Sequence record: PV390659.2
DNA length: 64,000 nt
Origin: Escherichia phage vB_EcoM_P8
Direction: 5' to 3' (one strand)
Under the pieces are notes generated by a model. The model saw only the letters and a list, made by a program, of their open reading frames with translations. It had not been told where the DNA came from and made no database searches. Of the stretch, positions 27,741 to 39,307 are shown piece after piece; within the stretch, counting starts at the first letter, position 1; every line of letters starts with the position of its first letter. Position numbers and translations under genes: made by a program.

Positions 27741-28606
27741 TATTGAGCCACCCCGATTTTCTGCGTAGCGATAACTTTAACTGCTGCTCTCATACCGACA
27801 GTTGAAGAACTTATAGTCGCCGTTACATAATTTTCTTTAATACTAAATGCAATATTAGCGATTTCGTCTTCTTCGGTTTCATTCCCAACCCGCATGACAG
27901 CATATTCAGAAGAAATGACCGTTGAATTAACAGTATCTACAAGAATATTTATTTCTGCCGTTTTAATTTTTCTTCCATCTACCGATTGACACGTAACTAG
28001 TAATTTAGCCATATTGTATTCAGTACGATGAAATAATGGAATGTCAACTGATCCGGATGTAGAAATATTCCATGTACCTTCAGCCGGTGATTCCTTTTGG
28101 CCAAACATACTTTCAATAGAATAATTCCAAACTGACGTAGAATTATCAGATGAAATACAACGTAAAGTAACTTTACTATATGGGCTAGTTACTACCAAAT
28201 TACCTGAAACACCTTTAATTGAATCAATCGCTTGAATCGTTAAAGGATTGGTAACTGATATAGATCCATTTGAGTTAATAAATTCAACGCAATCACCAAG
28301 TTCGCCTCTTTCAATGATAACTTTAACACCTACAGCAGAGGTATCAATATCGTGTCTAGTACCAACTTTCACCGGAGTTGCGTACTCTGTGATAGAATGC
28401 TTTTGATAATATCCAGTAGCATGGATAATTTGGCCGTCAGCACCAGTACCATTTGCTACTGCCATTTTACGCTGATCGCCAAACGCGTTATAAATTGCAT
28501 TAAAATCACTGTTAATTTTATTACCACCGTCGAATAAGATATCACCAGTAGAAGCGTTACCAATTTCGCCGGTATCAATCAATTTCTTTGGTTCTTGAAT
28601 GAACAT
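27740..28606 (-). CDS. 9: baseplate wedge / long-fiber socket protein gp9
   Basis: 288 aa, T4 synteny, late promoter upstream. Confidence 0.85.
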   Translation of the reverse strand: MFIQEPKKLIDTGEIGNASTGDILFDGGNKINSDFNAIYNAFGDQRKMAVANGTGADGQIIHATGYYQKHSITEYATPVKVGTRHDIDTSAVGVKVIIERGELGDCVEFINSNGSISVTNPLTIQAIDSIKGVSGNLVVTSPYSKVTLRCISSDNSTSVWNYSIESMFGQKESPAEGTWNISTSGSVDIPLFHRTEYNMAKLLVTCQSVDGRKIKTAEINILVDTVNSTVISSEYAVMRVGNETEEDEIANIAFSIKENYVTATISSSTVGMRAAVKVIATQKIGVAQ

Positions 28607-28630
28607 AGCGGTTTCCTTATGAGTTTATAG

Positions 28631-28638
28631 TATTTATA
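28631..28638 (-). promoter_or_regulatory. late promoter for gene 9
   Basis: TATAAATA on minus strand 25 bp upstream of start. Confidence 0.7.
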
Positions 28639-28639
28639 A

Positions 28640-28664
28640 AGAAAAAGGGAGCCCATGGGCTCCC
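28640..28664 (-). terminator. rho-independent terminator downstream of gene 8
   Basis: GGGAGCCCATGGGCTCCC hairpin followed on minus strand by TTTTT. Confidence 0.7.
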
Positions 28665-28669
28665 TTAAT

Positions 28670-29674
28670 TTAAAATGTAAACAGAATATTGATTTCTTCC
28701 GTTTGATCCATTGCCATAATAATAGGTGGCCTATTTTCCATATAAATCATTTCGCCCGAATGCCTCATTAAATCTTCCGGATCATAGTAATCCTTTTCAG
28801 CTTTAACGTTTGGGTCATTTGGATGAACTTTAGCTTCAAGAGGATTCGTGATTATCGATATTTGTCTAAATCCTTTATTTCCTGGCAATGCAGCTTCAGG
28901 AAAATAAACTGAATCTAAGTATGCTTTAAAACGAATAGTATTTGCCTTAACCCGGTAAATTAATCCAAAATCATCTTGCTGCCAAGTGAGGTTATCTTCA
29001 TACCCCCATCTAGTCGGATCTTCTTTTAATTCCTCAGGCCAAGGAACCACGATATATTCATTCGTGCATCTGTTTATAGATACATCAGGCGGAATCTCAA
29101 AAAGATATTCCCATACATACCCGTCTCCAGGTTCGATTGTTCCTTCCGCGTCTCCTCGACCTTCAGGAGGAGTCATTGACCTAACAGAAGGAGTCCATTT
29201 TCCACCTAGCTTAAGGCATTCATCCTTATTAGTTAAAGACTCAATTGAGCACATTCCAGTATCAGGAACATCTAAACAACGATATACTAACCAGCCTGCG
29301 CCTGATTCGGTAGCGTTGTAAGGAGCTGAGTTACACACTACAATATCGTTAATTCTAAATGTGTATGGATCCGGATATCTAGTATCTCCCCAATCTCGAC
29401 GAGGAATAACTGCATCAAGCATAGATGGAAGAACCTTCACGGTTCCCATCATATGAGTCCACATGTCAGTTACACCTAACACAGAATCGGTGGGATAAGG
29501 TGGGGCAAATCCCACCTCATTTTCGTTTGATGACCACGGTTCTGATCTTCCAAATGTAATAAAGATAGTGTTTTTATCCGGACCACTTCCAATTGAATTA
29601 TAAAAATTCAACATTTTTTCTGTTCTAAATTTTGAAGTAACTATCGCACGATAGATAACACTTGAATCATTCAT
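28670..29674 (-). CDS. 8: baseplate wedge protein gp8
   Basis: 334 aa, T4 synteny. Confidence 0.85.
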   Translation of the reverse strand: MNDSSVIYRAIVTSKFRTEKMLNFYNSIGSGPDKNTIFITFGRSEPWSSNENEVGFAPPYPTDSVLGVTDMWTHMMGTVKVLPSMLDAVIPRRDWGDTRYPDPYTFRINDIVVCNSAPYNATESGAGWLVYRCLDVPDTGMCSIESLTNKDECLKLGGKWTPSVRSMTPPEGRGDAEGTIEPGDGYVWEYLFEIPPDVSINRCTNEYIVVPWPEELKEDPTRWGYEDNLTWQQDDFGLIYRVKANTIRFKAYLDSVYFPEAALPGNKGFRQISIITNPLEAKVHPNDPNVKAEKDYYDPEDLMRHSGEMIYMENRPPIIMAMDQTEEINILFTF

Positions 29675-32600
29675 CTATTTTAACCTGTGTTGGATTTTCA
29701 GGGTCTCTTGGATTTCCTATATTATCTTTTAGACGTTTATTAACTAAATCCCTAAATTGTGCAAATGTTGTTCCAGATGCATCAAATAGAGGACTCATTA
29801 ATTTACGTCGTTCAGACGGCAATTGACCTTGAAATATTGAATTATTATTTTCAGCATTATAGTCATCAGGAAGAGGATATTCTACACCAGCCATTGGGCC
29901 AGGTTCATAAATTGCTTCGCCTGTTACTGAATCATGCTCAATTTCACCGGTTGGAGTCAATTTAGCTACTCTATCAGCATATTCAGTAGGCAATCCAGAA
30001 TCCCATTTATAGTTTTTGTATTTATTAATTATAGTCTCTGTGTGTTTAAGAGTTAAACCAACATTAATAAACATTGTTAAAAGAGTAATTGCTATAAATC
30101 CAAATCCTACTGGATGAACAAAACGAATAACGTCAGATTTCCAGCGGGAAGAAGGTAAATTGGATTTAATTTTCATTACATAATATGATCTACTTCTATT
30201 AATATAGTCTATATTATTTTGAAGCAAATCCTTTCCTTTAACCCCGCGAATAATTTCGCCTTCGAAACTAGGGAGTCTTTCTGCTTTAACTTCTTGACCG
30301 GCAATTAATCTTCCCAAAAGATTATGAATAGTTACGGTCCATTGCAATTTGCCATTGGAATAGCTTCTTTCTATATAAGTAACATTACATCTTCCTGTAG
30401 CTGTATAAATCGTTTGTCCTACTAAATCTTCAGTCAAAGAATCAGATTGAACGATTATATCATATTCAGTACCAGCCCCAGATTCAATTTCAATTTCAAC
30501 TTCTTCATTATAAAGAACTTTAAAAAGAAATTTGTATGATGCTTCAATTCCTTTAGTAGAATAAAAATCATAGCTACGTGATTCAAAAAATCTTGCAACA
30601 GCATCACGTTTATCAGCATTTAAATAAATGTTTCTTTTATATATCTCTGACCACAAATATTCCCACGCGTGCTCTTCTCGCGGATATTGGTTACGAATTA
30701 AATTTCGTAAATTATTATACTGAGTTCCATATCCATCAGAAAGATACTGAATATATGCTTCGCAGAATGCCTCAAAATTAGAATCCTGTAGCAAATAAGA
30801 ATCAGGCATCATTGTGCCAATCAATGGTCTTAAATCAGGATCAGCCAATCCATGCTCTTCTTCCGGGGACCAAGGAGTTTCACGCTCTTGGTTTTGTAAA
30901 AATGCTTTTAAAAATATTCCAGTTGGCTTCCAAATTATTTCAACCGTGTCTCTCACTCGATAGTTAAAATCATAGTAAGAAATTATTTCACCAGAAGACT
31001 TATAAAAAAGCATCCCAGACGCGTATTTTTTAAATCCCGTGAATTTAACATTTGGCATTACTATCGTACAATCACCATCATCCCAGTATTCATGAACTAA
31101 TCTATCTGGTGATGTTTCAGGAATATTTTCTATAACTTTGGTGTATTTTAAATCAGCATAAACTACTACAGCTCTATCAGAGTTGTTTATCCAACAGCGT
31201 GTGTTAGATTTTTTAGACCAGTTAAAGAATGGTTCTGCATAGTATTTCATCGGCTGAGGTGTAAAAGTTTCCCAATCAGATTTTTCATCTGCTATAAATG
31301 CCATCATATGATAATGCTTATCAGCTAGCCATTCACGAGGAAATTCATATTTAACAGCGCCGATTAACTGATATTTCGCTGCAGTTTCAGGGTCATTAAC
31401 AATGTTATCACTTAAAAATTTAAAATTACTCGAAGACAGAGAAACTAATTTACCATCAGTTGACATATTCGCATATCCAGGTTGAATACGTCTTCTTTCT
31501 TCTTCAGTGTTGCCAAAAACTCTTTTCCATGTTTTCGTGGCATGATTTAAAACATATATTCCTTTATCGGCAGAATCAATTATTTTTGATGTTCTAGGAT
31601 TAGCATTTAATGTTTCAACTTCTCCAACAATAAGAGCGAAAACTTTATCACCAATAGAATCCATTTTATAACATACTGCTTTAGGATTTCCAGTTATAGT
31701 CATCGTATCAGGTTCAAATAGCCTTTCCGAATATGTTGGAGATAATGGGTCAGAATCTATAGGTGCATTACTCGTTTTTATGTATCTAACTTTGTCTCTG
31801 GCGACAACGTAAATGTAATCATCGGTGCAAGTAATAGCTTCTGCAATGCGGTATACATTAGCTGGCAAAGTCGCGTAAGTGGCAAAAATTTCTACATCAA
31901 ATCCTAGATGTAATTGGTCGCCAAGTTTAGCAAATGTTATATCCTGCGAACTAAATCTGACATCATCAGCTGACCATCTAACATCAGTAGATTTGCGGCC
32001 ATAGAAAATCTTGTCGTATCCTAGAACGTATGTTGTGTTTGCAGATTGGTAATATACTGTCTTAGATAAAGGATATCCTACGCGGTCATTGAAGAGTTTT
32101 ACAGCTTTCCAAGTTTGTCCTTTATCATTAGATACTTTAACTACAGGTTGATAACGCTCAAAAAGATATAGAATCCCTTCTGATTCCATCAAATAAACTC
32201 GGTTAATATCCTTACATACTTGCTGAATAGAACCTTGTATTTCATGATACTCATTTTCACCAATAATAAAATTACTTATTGATGAAACATCAACATATGA
32301 TGGGCTGAATTGAAACGATTCGTTCATCAATGCAGCCATTATAGTGTCATTGTTAAAATTGACATAGTCAGAATTATTAAGAGTAAATTTTTCCTGAATG
32401 AATTTATTAGCTAATTGCATTTCAATCATGTTTTGAAATGTATAAGCGTTTGTAGCAAAAGTTTCAAACTCTTCAGTATAAATCCAATCAGACTGCTCAA
32501 AATCCTGCGCAGCTGTAGCTACTCTAATAATGTACGATGTCAATGGATTAGCGTTATCAAAAAAGAAGCTGTTATTTGCAGTATATCCTAAGTTAATCCA

Positions 32601-32765
32601 TCTGTATTGATTACTCGGGAGATTTTCCCCCGAGTTTGTTTTTGTCTCAGCGATTTCTACAAAATAGTAGAAATTAGCACCAACGTCATCCCAGCGTACT
32701 TGCACCTGATTTGCGGATAACTTGGAAATTCTGAGACTAGTGACTGAAGGTGCTTTTACTGTCAT
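29667..32765 (-). CDS. 7: baseplate wedge initiator gp7
   Basis: 1032 aa, T4 synteny. Confidence 0.9.
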   Translation of the reverse strand: MTVKAPSVTSLRISKLSANQVQVRWDDVGANFYYFVEIAETKTNSGENLPSNQYRWINLGYTANNSFFFDNANPLTSYIIRVATAAQDFEQSDWIYTEEFETFATNAYTFQNMIEMQLANKFIQEKFTLNNSDYVNFNNDTIMAALMNESFQFSPSYVDVSSISNFIIGENEYHEIQGSIQQVCKDINRVYLMESEGILYLFERYQPVVKVSNDKGQTWKAVKLFNDRVGYPLSKTVYYQSANTTYVLGYDKIFYGRKSTDVRWSADDVRFSSQDITFAKLGDQLHLGFDVEIFATYATLPANVYRIAEAITCTDDYIYVVARDKVRYIKTSNAPIDSDPLSPTYSERLFEPDTMTITGNPKAVCYKMDSIGDKVFALIVGEVETLNANPRTSKIIDSADKGIYVLNHATKTWKRVFGNTEEERRRIQPGYANMSTDGKLVSLSSSNFKFLSDNIVNDPETAAKYQLIGAVKYEFPREWLADKHYHMMAFIADEKSDWETFTPQPMKYYAEPFFNWSKKSNTRCWINNSDRAVVVYADLKYTKVIENIPETSPDRLVHEYWDDGDCTIVMPNVKFTGFKKYASGMLFYKSSGEIISYYDFNYRVRDTVEIIWKPTGIFLKAFLQNQERETPWSPEEEHGLADPDLRPLIGTMMPDSYLLQDSNFEAFCEAYIQYLSDGYGTQYNNLRNLIRNQYPREEHAWEYLWSEIYKRNIYLNADKRDAVARFFESRSYDFYSTKGIEASYKFLFKVLYNEEVEIEIESGAGTEYDIIVQSDSLTEDLVGQTIYTATGRCNVTYIERSYSNGKLQWTVTIHNLLGRLIAGQEVKAERLPSFEGEIIRGVKGKDLLQNNIDYINRSRSYYVMKIKSNLPSSRWKSDVIRFVHPVGFGFIAITLLTMFINVGLTLKHTETIINKYKNYKWDSGLPTEYADRVAKLTPTGEIEHDSVTGEAIYEPGPMAGVEYPLPDDYNAENNNSIFQGQLPSERRKLMSPLFDASGTTFAQFRDLVNKRLKDNIGNPRDPENPTQVKIDE

Positions 32766-34744
32766 TGTGATATAGGCTCCAAATCGATAGTTAAGTATTG
32801 TGGACGTAAATCATTTTCAAATACAATCAGTGAACCATCGCGTGTGAAAATAACATCGTCTATTGGATCAGAATATAGCTCAATAGTCTGAACCTCAAAT
32901 TTATCGGATGTTAAATTAATTTTAGCGATATTCCAATAAATCATGTCAGCTGGATAATTTATTTCACCGATAACGTAGTATTTGTCGCGTCCATCGGAAC
33001 TTGCTAATTTATTAAAATCATTGCCTGTATATGGCTGAATGTTTTCATTTTCTGTAACATCGCCAGAAGCAAATGGACCAATAATAACTTTACCAATTCC
33101 TTTAGAATCTCGGTCTGTTGATACTATGCGAACGTCATATAATACATCTTCTTCTAAACCAGTATCAGGATTTACAACCTTTCGTCCAGAATTAAATGAA
33201 AACGTATTAGATTCCATAGAACGATCTTTTATTTGATTATTGTATTTAATACCTGCTTCAGGCGTTTTATAGAAGTTTTGTACTTCACGAACAATTTGAA
33301 TTGTCGCTGATGAACCAATGATAGAATGATCTGCATCATCTACATATGTCAACATCTTAGATTTAGCGAAAGATGAGTTAAAAATTTCTACGTCTTCGGT
33401 ATAATAACGATCAATTTTATCAATTATTTGACCTTCGAGCCACTGTTCGGATTCTTGCAGCTTATTTAAAGCATATGTGACTTTTAAATTAGTCTTAATA
33501 AAAAGATAATTAGGAGAAATAATTGATGGCGTAATAGGAGCTAAATTATAGTCTTTGAGATAATTTTTAATATCTTCGCGCTGTACAGTAGTTAAATACA
33601 ACCCTGATTTAGGTTTAGCCGCAATAAATGCATAACCAGGTTTAGTAGAATCAGTGAAAGTCTGAACTGCTTGAATAATAGAACCAAATCTCTCTGAGAC
33701 GAATGTATCATAGTCAGTTGCAGTTACGCAGCGTTGCTGGGTTTCGCGTTTAATAGTACCCAATTCGCGAATACGTTCAATATCTTCTGGATCGCCGCCG
33801 CCATCTGCCCCAACAAAATCTGGGTCATCGTTTGGATTTTCATTAATGTTGATGACAGTTATATTTGTTAATGTATCTGCATATGAAAATCCGACTGCGC
33901 CATTCGCATCTGCGCCGTTAGTACTGATGTACTCAATAACAATCGTAGAGTTCTGAGTAGGTTTAAGACCCCCAATATAATTAGCAGTCAATGCTCCTTC
34001 TGCCGCATTAACAGAAATCTCACCTTCACCAAAATAAAACTCAGTATTTCCATCAATAGTTTCACGCATGTAGTAAATTGTTGATGTAGAACCAGCATGA
34101 ACCATTGACTTTCTTGTCCAGTTAATCCATTCTGCTCCATCAACGTACAGTTTAACTTGGTTTCTATCTATATTTTTGTCATAAATGATAATAGGTGTTA
34201 ATTTATCATAAATGATTTCAGTTCTTACTATACGTCCCTGGGCTAATTTTAAACGCGGAAAATACTGGTTATTTTTATCGCGAATAGCAATAACATCTTC
34301 GGTAGATACAAAGTTATAAGGATTAACTGAAGTATCTTTTGCATATGCTAAAAAGCGAGTACCACGAGGAATAGTAATGTAATTTCTATTCAATGCATCT
34401 GTACAAGTTAGCATAATTTCAGTTTGAGCAGCTGATTTTGAAGTAGGTAAATATCCATTATCTTGTGCCGCTTGAACTACTGAACTACGTAAGTTAGCAG
34501 TACGCATAAAACTTTCATACACGGCAGCATTACCAAACTGCTGGATGTATAATGTATTATAAGCCAAAAGGTCGCACAGAACGTTTAATCTTGAGCCTTC
34601 AAAATCATAATCCAAAAATTCATTTTGGCCATTAAGCCATTCAATGAGGTTTTGTTTTATTTCAGCAAATGTACCCCCGACGAATATCTCGGGAATAGCA
34701 TTTGCTGTTCTTGTTAATTGATAATTTACAGGGGTATTTGCCAT
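32762..34744 (-). CDS. 6: baseplate wedge protein gp6
   Basis: 660 aa, T4 synteny. Confidence 0.9.
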   Translation of the reverse strand: MANTPVNYQLTRTANAIPEIFVGGTFAEIKQNLIEWLNGQNEFLDYDFEGSRLNVLCDLLAYNTLYIQQFGNAAVYESFMRTANLRSSVVQAAQDNGYLPTSKSAAQTEIMLTCTDALNRNYITIPRGTRFLAYAKDTSVNPYNFVSTEDVIAIRDKNNQYFPRLKLAQGRIVRTEIIYDKLTPIIIYDKNIDRNQVKLYVDGAEWINWTRKSMVHAGSTSTIYYMRETIDGNTEFYFGEGEISVNAAEGALTANYIGGLKPTQNSTIVIEYISTNGADANGAVGFSYADTLTNITVININENPNDDPDFVGADGGGDPEDIERIRELGTIKRETQQRCVTATDYDTFVSERFGSIIQAVQTFTDSTKPGYAFIAAKPKSGLYLTTVQREDIKNYLKDYNLAPITPSIISPNYLFIKTNLKVTYALNKLQESEQWLEGQIIDKIDRYYTEDVEIFNSSFAKSKMLTYVDDADHSIIGSSATIQIVREVQNFYKTPEAGIKYNNQIKDRSMESNTFSFNSGRKVVNPDTGLEEDVLYDVRIVSTDRDSKGIGKVIIGPFASGDVTENENIQPYTGNDFNKLASSDGRDKYYVIGEINYPADMIYWNIAKINLTSDKFEVQTIELYSDPIDDVIFTRDGSLIVFENDLRPQYLTIDLEPISQ

Positions 34745-34752
34745 TTTAAATC

Positions 34753-35046
34753 CTATTTAATGAATACTTTAGATGATGCCTGAGCCACAGTATCACCGCA
34801 TGATATTGGATCAGCCATTTGAACAGCTTTCTTTCCAGTGACATATACCTTAGAAGTTCTAGGTTGTGTCACTCCGCCATGTGTTTCATATGGCTTTTTA
34901 ATTTCTGTATGTTCTGTAATTGGATCACCTGCTACGAGAACAGCAATTCCTCCAGTGAATACTTTACTTTGTGTAGCATTCACAACCGTTGGAGGCCATG
35001 CTTCATGGCCGGCAGTAACACACTTATCATAACTTAATCCTGACAT
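34753..35046 (-). CDS. 5.4: PAAR-repeat spike tip protein gp5.4
   Basis: 97 aa between genes 5 and 6 as in T4. Confidence 0.75.
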
Positions 35047-35604
35047 TTATGGCCTCTCATACACGTAGCTTCTCAATTTATTAGCCCAACGACTCCAATT
35101 TCCAACTATAGTTTTTGTATAATTTTTAACAAGAGTTTTTCTTATTGGAGCTGGAGGATTCGTTGGTTCAGTAGTATCAGAAGATGACCTAGAATTACTG
35201 CCAGAACCTCCAGATTCACCTTGTTCTTGATAGTCATATATTAATGTTACTTCGTAAGTGAATGTCTTCTGGAGGTTTTGAGGAGCTTTCCATAGATATA
35301 ACTGAGTATTAGAATCAGTTGGAAGGTCTTCCCATGAAGCAGCAGTTTTAAATTCATTATCTAAACGATATTTCAACACATCATTTCCAAATCCAAACAC
35401 AGATTCATACGTTCCATATAAACGATTTTCTTCTACTAAAACCCCAGGAGTTTCTTCGTAACTAGTTATATTTATAGATACTAACGTTTCACCTGTTTCT
35501 AATTGAGCGGTAAAGGTGACGTCGATAGAAGAACCTTCCATGGATTCTCCTAAATCAGCGCTCATTGGAAGTATATTAGCCAATGTCAATCCTCGATCCA
35601 TCAA
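35047..35604 (-). CDS. hypothetical protein downstream of gene 5 (T4 5.1-like by position)
   Basis: 185 aa ORF. Confidence 0.6.
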
Positions 35605-37303
35605 TTGTGTATTGACCAGATGAAATAGAACTCATAGATGCCATTTTTTCTGTCCAATCACCACCAACGTCCCAATCAACTGTCCCAGCAACTTTCCAAG
35701 AAAGATTTCCATTTACTGTATTAGTCTGATTTCCTTCAACTAAAGTGGTAGCATCCCCTTTAACTGTAATGTCAGCATTACCTTCAACTACAATAGTAAC
35801 ATTACCTTTGACTAGGATAGTTCCATTACCTTCAACCGTCTTAGTTTCATCGCCACGCACAAATATTGTATTGCTTCCATCTATTTGGTGGAGACGATTA
35901 TCCATGTTGTAGTAAATTTCTGATCCACCGACGTTAGTCTTTTTATCGCCGGCTACCAAAAAATTACCATCAGCATTTGTTATATCATACAAATTATCAA
36001 CAGTTTTTCTCGTTCTTCTTCCTGATGGTGATACTTCCTCGTACGTTCCAGTTGGATGAACTAATCTGTATCGTTCTTGCCCCGGAGTATCATCAAATTC
36101 CTGAATATGACCGCTTTCAGTTTCCATTGTATGAACATACGGATACTCACCTTTATATGAAGAAACAGGTTCTTTGAATAAAATTCTCGAATCATTCGGA
36201 ATAGGAGGGTCAGCCGGGTCAGAAGACTTTGCTACAGTAGCAGCCATTGCTGACAAAGACCTAGCTGGTGTTTTAACTTCAATACCGTATGATTCCAAAT
36301 TCCCGGTAAGAATAATCATGGTAACACGGGATGCACGGCCTTTTGTTTGTTGATACCATAATGAATCACGCCCGGCTTTATATGCTTTTTCCCAATCTCC
36401 GGCTAACATAGCAGTTAACATTGTGTTAAATTTAGCTACGCCGCCAACACCCATCTGAAATGCCATATTTTCTAACGCCATTTGACGAGAACGATTAACT
36501 GCTTTCCAAACTGGGCCAACTTTAGAATGCGATTTAATGTCACGTTGCATATCAGCCAAATCGCGTTCAAATAAAGTTACCGCTTCTTCCATTGTAATAG
36601 AACCTGGATTTCCGGTAATTTCACGACCAACTTGTTTTGATAAAACTTTATTAATTTGGGTCATATCACGAACTGGCTGCTTCATGATAAGATGACCAAT
36701 ACCAATTGTCGGATATCCTTCGGTATCCCAATAAACTTTTAGTCTTAATCCTTCATCACGGCGAAGCATTTCAGCCATTGACATATTTGGATTATCATCA
36801 GTTGGAATCTCTGATAGCGGTCTATCATCGGGATTTATCGCAGTGTCTAAATTACTGTCTTGGATAACGTTAGAAGACGAATCATATCCTACTTCTCCTC
36901 CTTGGTTTAATACGTTAGTATCATTTCCTAGACGTCTAGGATACTGTCCAGTTGGGTCAGAAAATCCTTCAAGTCTATTAGGTTTTTCGCGAACTATTCC
37001 ACCATATGTGCCAAGGACAATTCCGTTAGTTTTCCATTTGTCTAAAAAATGACCATATACTCTAGTTCCTTCTACCGGACCAGTAACGGAGCCTCCAATT
37101 CCAGACATTGCTGCTGAAGTTATCGGTTGAATAACTGACATCCATGGCAACTTATCAGTTGGAATACCCATTACATCACCTTGTGCTCTTTGAGGTGGAT
37201 GCAGACCAACCACACGAACACGAACACGACCTAATTTTAATGGGTCCATTCTATCTTCAACAACACCAACAAACCAATTAAGGTTATTACTTATCATTTC
37301 CAT
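35576..37303 (-). CDS. 5: baseplate hub / cell-puncturing protein with lysozyme domain gp5
   Basis: 575 aa; internal lysozyme segment LRLKVYWDTEGYPTIGIGHLI similar to gene e product. Confidence 0.9.
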   Translation of the reverse strand: MEMISNNLNWFVGVVEDRMDPLKLGRVRVRVVGLHPPQRAQGDVMGIPTDKLPWMSVIQPITSAAMSGIGGSVTGPVEGTRVYGHFLDKWKTNGIVLGTYGGIVREKPNRLEGFSDPTGQYPRRLGNDTNVLNQGGEVGYDSSSNVIQDSNLDTAINPDDRPLSEIPTDDNPNMSMAEMLRRDEGLRLKVYWDTEGYPTIGIGHLIMKQPVRDMTQINKVLSKQVGREITGNPGSITMEEAVTLFERDLADMQRDIKSHSKVGPVWKAVNRSRQMALENMAFQMGVGGVAKFNTMLTAMLAGDWEKAYKAGRDSLWYQQTKGRASRVTMIILTGNLESYGIEVKTPARSLSAMAATVAKSSDPADPPIPNDSRILFKEPVSSYKGEYPYVHTMETESGHIQEFDDTPGQERYRLVHPTGTYEEVSPSGRRTRKTVDNLYDITNADGNFLVAGDKKTNVGGSEIYYNMDNRLHQIDGSNTIFVRGDETKTVEGNGTILVKGNVTIVVEGNADITVKGDATTLVEGNQTNTVNGNLSWKVAGTVDWDVGGDWTEKMASMSSISSGQYTIDGSRIDIG

Positions 37304-37877
37304 AAGATTTCTCCATTATACGTATAAGGTCGTTCATAAATGAATTGATGTCTGATTTTGCTATTATTTTTATTTGACGAAGTTTTTCATTTTCAAGAAC
37401 AGCAGCTTCATACGTATCGACCGCAGCAAGTGCTCCTTCATATTGAGGATATTTTCTAGCTTTATCGCCTTTATCATACCAAACATATGGATTATCATCG
37501 TATGATATTAAATTATAAAATTTTTCACCGTTCTCATTAACATGATATACTATTTGGTCTCCACCTACATTTTTGTATTTTTGTATAGATGCTTGATAAG
37601 CAGCTTCTTGCGAAGTAATCCATCCATAATACGGATCATAATTATCATTACACATCAATAAAACCCAATACAGCTGTGGATTTCCATATATAGCATTTGC
37701 TAATTCTTCCGGGCGTGGTGAACCTTTAATATAATAAGTACGTAAGCGGTATCCAGCAAGAGCGCGTTTGAAATAGTCTTTATAGTTTCTAAAAATATCT
37801 GTCATAGGAATAGTCGGCGCGTTTTTATTCACCGTTTTGGCCGCATATTCAATCGGATCAAAAAATGTAAAGAGCAT
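37287..37877 (-). CDS. 53: baseplate wedge protein gp53
   Basis: 196 aa, T4 synteny. Confidence 0.85.
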   Translation of the reverse strand: MLFTFFDPIEYAAKTVNKNAPTIPMTDIFRNYKDYFKRALAGYRLRTYYIKGSPRPEELANAIYGNPQLYWVLLMCNDNYDPYYGWITSQEAAYQASIQKYKNVGGDQIVYHVNENGEKFYNLISYDDNPYVWYDKGDKARKYPQYEGALAAVDTYEAAVLENEKLRQIKIIAKSDINSFMNDLIRIMEKSYGNDK

Positions 37878-37890
37878 GGGCCCTCCTGTT

Positions 37891-37913
37891 TATAAATATA
37901 TTATCTATTTATA
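37891..37913. promoter_or_regulatory. divergent late promoters for gene 4 (plus) and gene 53 (minus)
   Basis: TATAAATA 37891-37898 and TATTTATA 37906-37913. Confidence 0.7.
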
Positions 37914-37924
37914 AGGAGAATCCA

Positions 37925-38377
37925 ATGGCATATTCTGGAAAATGGGTTCCTAAAAATATATCAAAATATAGAGGTGACCCTAAAAAAATTACGTATAGAT
38001 CAAATTGGGAAAAATTCTTTTTTGAATGGTTAGATAAAAATCCAGAAATTATTGCATGGGGTAGTGAAACAGCAGTAATTCCTTATTTTTGTAATGCAGA
38101 AGGGAAAAAACGTAGATACTTCATGGATATTTGGATGAAAGATTCTTCTGGACAAGAATTTTTTATTGAAATAAAGCCTAAAAAAGAAACACAACCACCA
38201 GTTAAACCAGCACATCTAACAACCGCAGCGAAGAAAAGATTTATGAATGAAATTTATACATATTCCGTTAATACTGACAAATGGAAAGCAGCGCAATCTT
38301 TAGCTGAAAAGCGCGGAATAAAATTTAGAATTCTAACAGAAGATGGATTACGAGCTCTTGGCTTTAAGGGGGCATAA
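37925..38377 (+). CDS. 4: head completion protein gp4
   Basis: 150 aa, T4 synteny, late promoter upstream. Confidence 0.85.
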   Translation: MAYSGKWVPKNISKYRGDPKKITYRSNWEKFFFEWLDKNPEIIAWGSETAVIPYFCNAEGKKRRYFMDIWMKDSSGQEFFIEIKPKKETQPPVKPAHLTTAAKKRFMNEIYTYSVNTDKWKAAQSLAEKRGIKFRILTEDGLRALGFKGA

Positions 38378-39201
38378 TGGCTATTTTTCAAATAATTAAT
38401 GAAAGCACTCCCCAAATTCCAAAGGTTAAGCAATCATTAAACGAAAAGAAATGGATTCAGATAGGTCTTGAATACAAAAAGGCCAAAGCAAAAGGAATGA
38501 CAGGAAAGCAATTTGCTGAAGAAAGAGGAATCAAATACTCTACGTTTACTTCGGCAATGTCAAAATATGCTTCAGGAATTAAAACGGCTGAAAAGATTCA
38601 AAAGCTTGAATCAAAACCAATGAATAAACTCAATAAGCAAGAAAGACAACTGCTTATGATAAATTCATTCAGGCAAACATTGCGTGATAAAATTCGCAAT
38701 GAAGGTGCAGCAATTAATAATAAAACCAGAAAGTGGTTTGCTGAAACTATTAAACAGGTAAAAGGACATAAAGTTGTTCGCCCGCAGCCGGGACGAATAT
38801 ATGCTTTTGCTTATGATGCTAAACACAAGGAAACTCTTCCTTATTGGGATAAATTTCCTTTGATAATTTACCTTGGTTTAGGTAAACATAATTTAATGTA
38901 TGGATTGAACTTGCACTATATTCCACCTAAAGCTCGTCAACAGTTTCTAGAAGAGCTTTTAAAGCAATATTCAAATACACCTACTATTACTAATAAAACG
39001 AAATTAAAAATTGATTGGAGTCAAGTGAAAGGATTTAGGGGTGCAGACCAAATGATTAAGGCATATATACCTGGTAATATTATGGGTAGCCTTGTTGAAA
39101 TCGCCCCGAAAGACTGGGCGAACGTTGTGTTAATGCCACTTCAGCAGTTCGTTTCAAAAGGAAAACGTTTCTCTGCAAACAAAGTCTGGTCAAATATCTA
39201 A
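38377..39201 (+). CDS. 2: DNA end protector protein gp2
   Basis: 274 aa, T4 synteny. Confidence 0.85.
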   Translation: MAIFQIINESTPQIPKVKQSLNEKKWIQIGLEYKKAKAKGMTGKQFAEERGIKYSTFTSAMSKYASGIKTAEKIQKLESKPMNKLNKQERQLLMINSFRQTLRDKIRNEGAAINNKTRKWFAETIKQVKGHKVVRPQPGRIYAFAYDAKHKETLPYWDKFPLIIYLGLGKHNLMYGLNLHYIPPKARQQFLEELLKQYSNTPTITNKTKLKIDWSQVKGFRGADQMIKAYIPGNIMGSLVEIAPKDWANVVLMPLQQFVSKGKRFSANKVWSNI

Positions 39202-39307
39202 TTCTATTATCTTCCATTCTTTTCTATTGTTTGTTCTAATTGGAATTGAATGGAAGGGACTTAGACCCATTATACCACCAACATTTATAAAGCATTATGA
39301 GGAATAT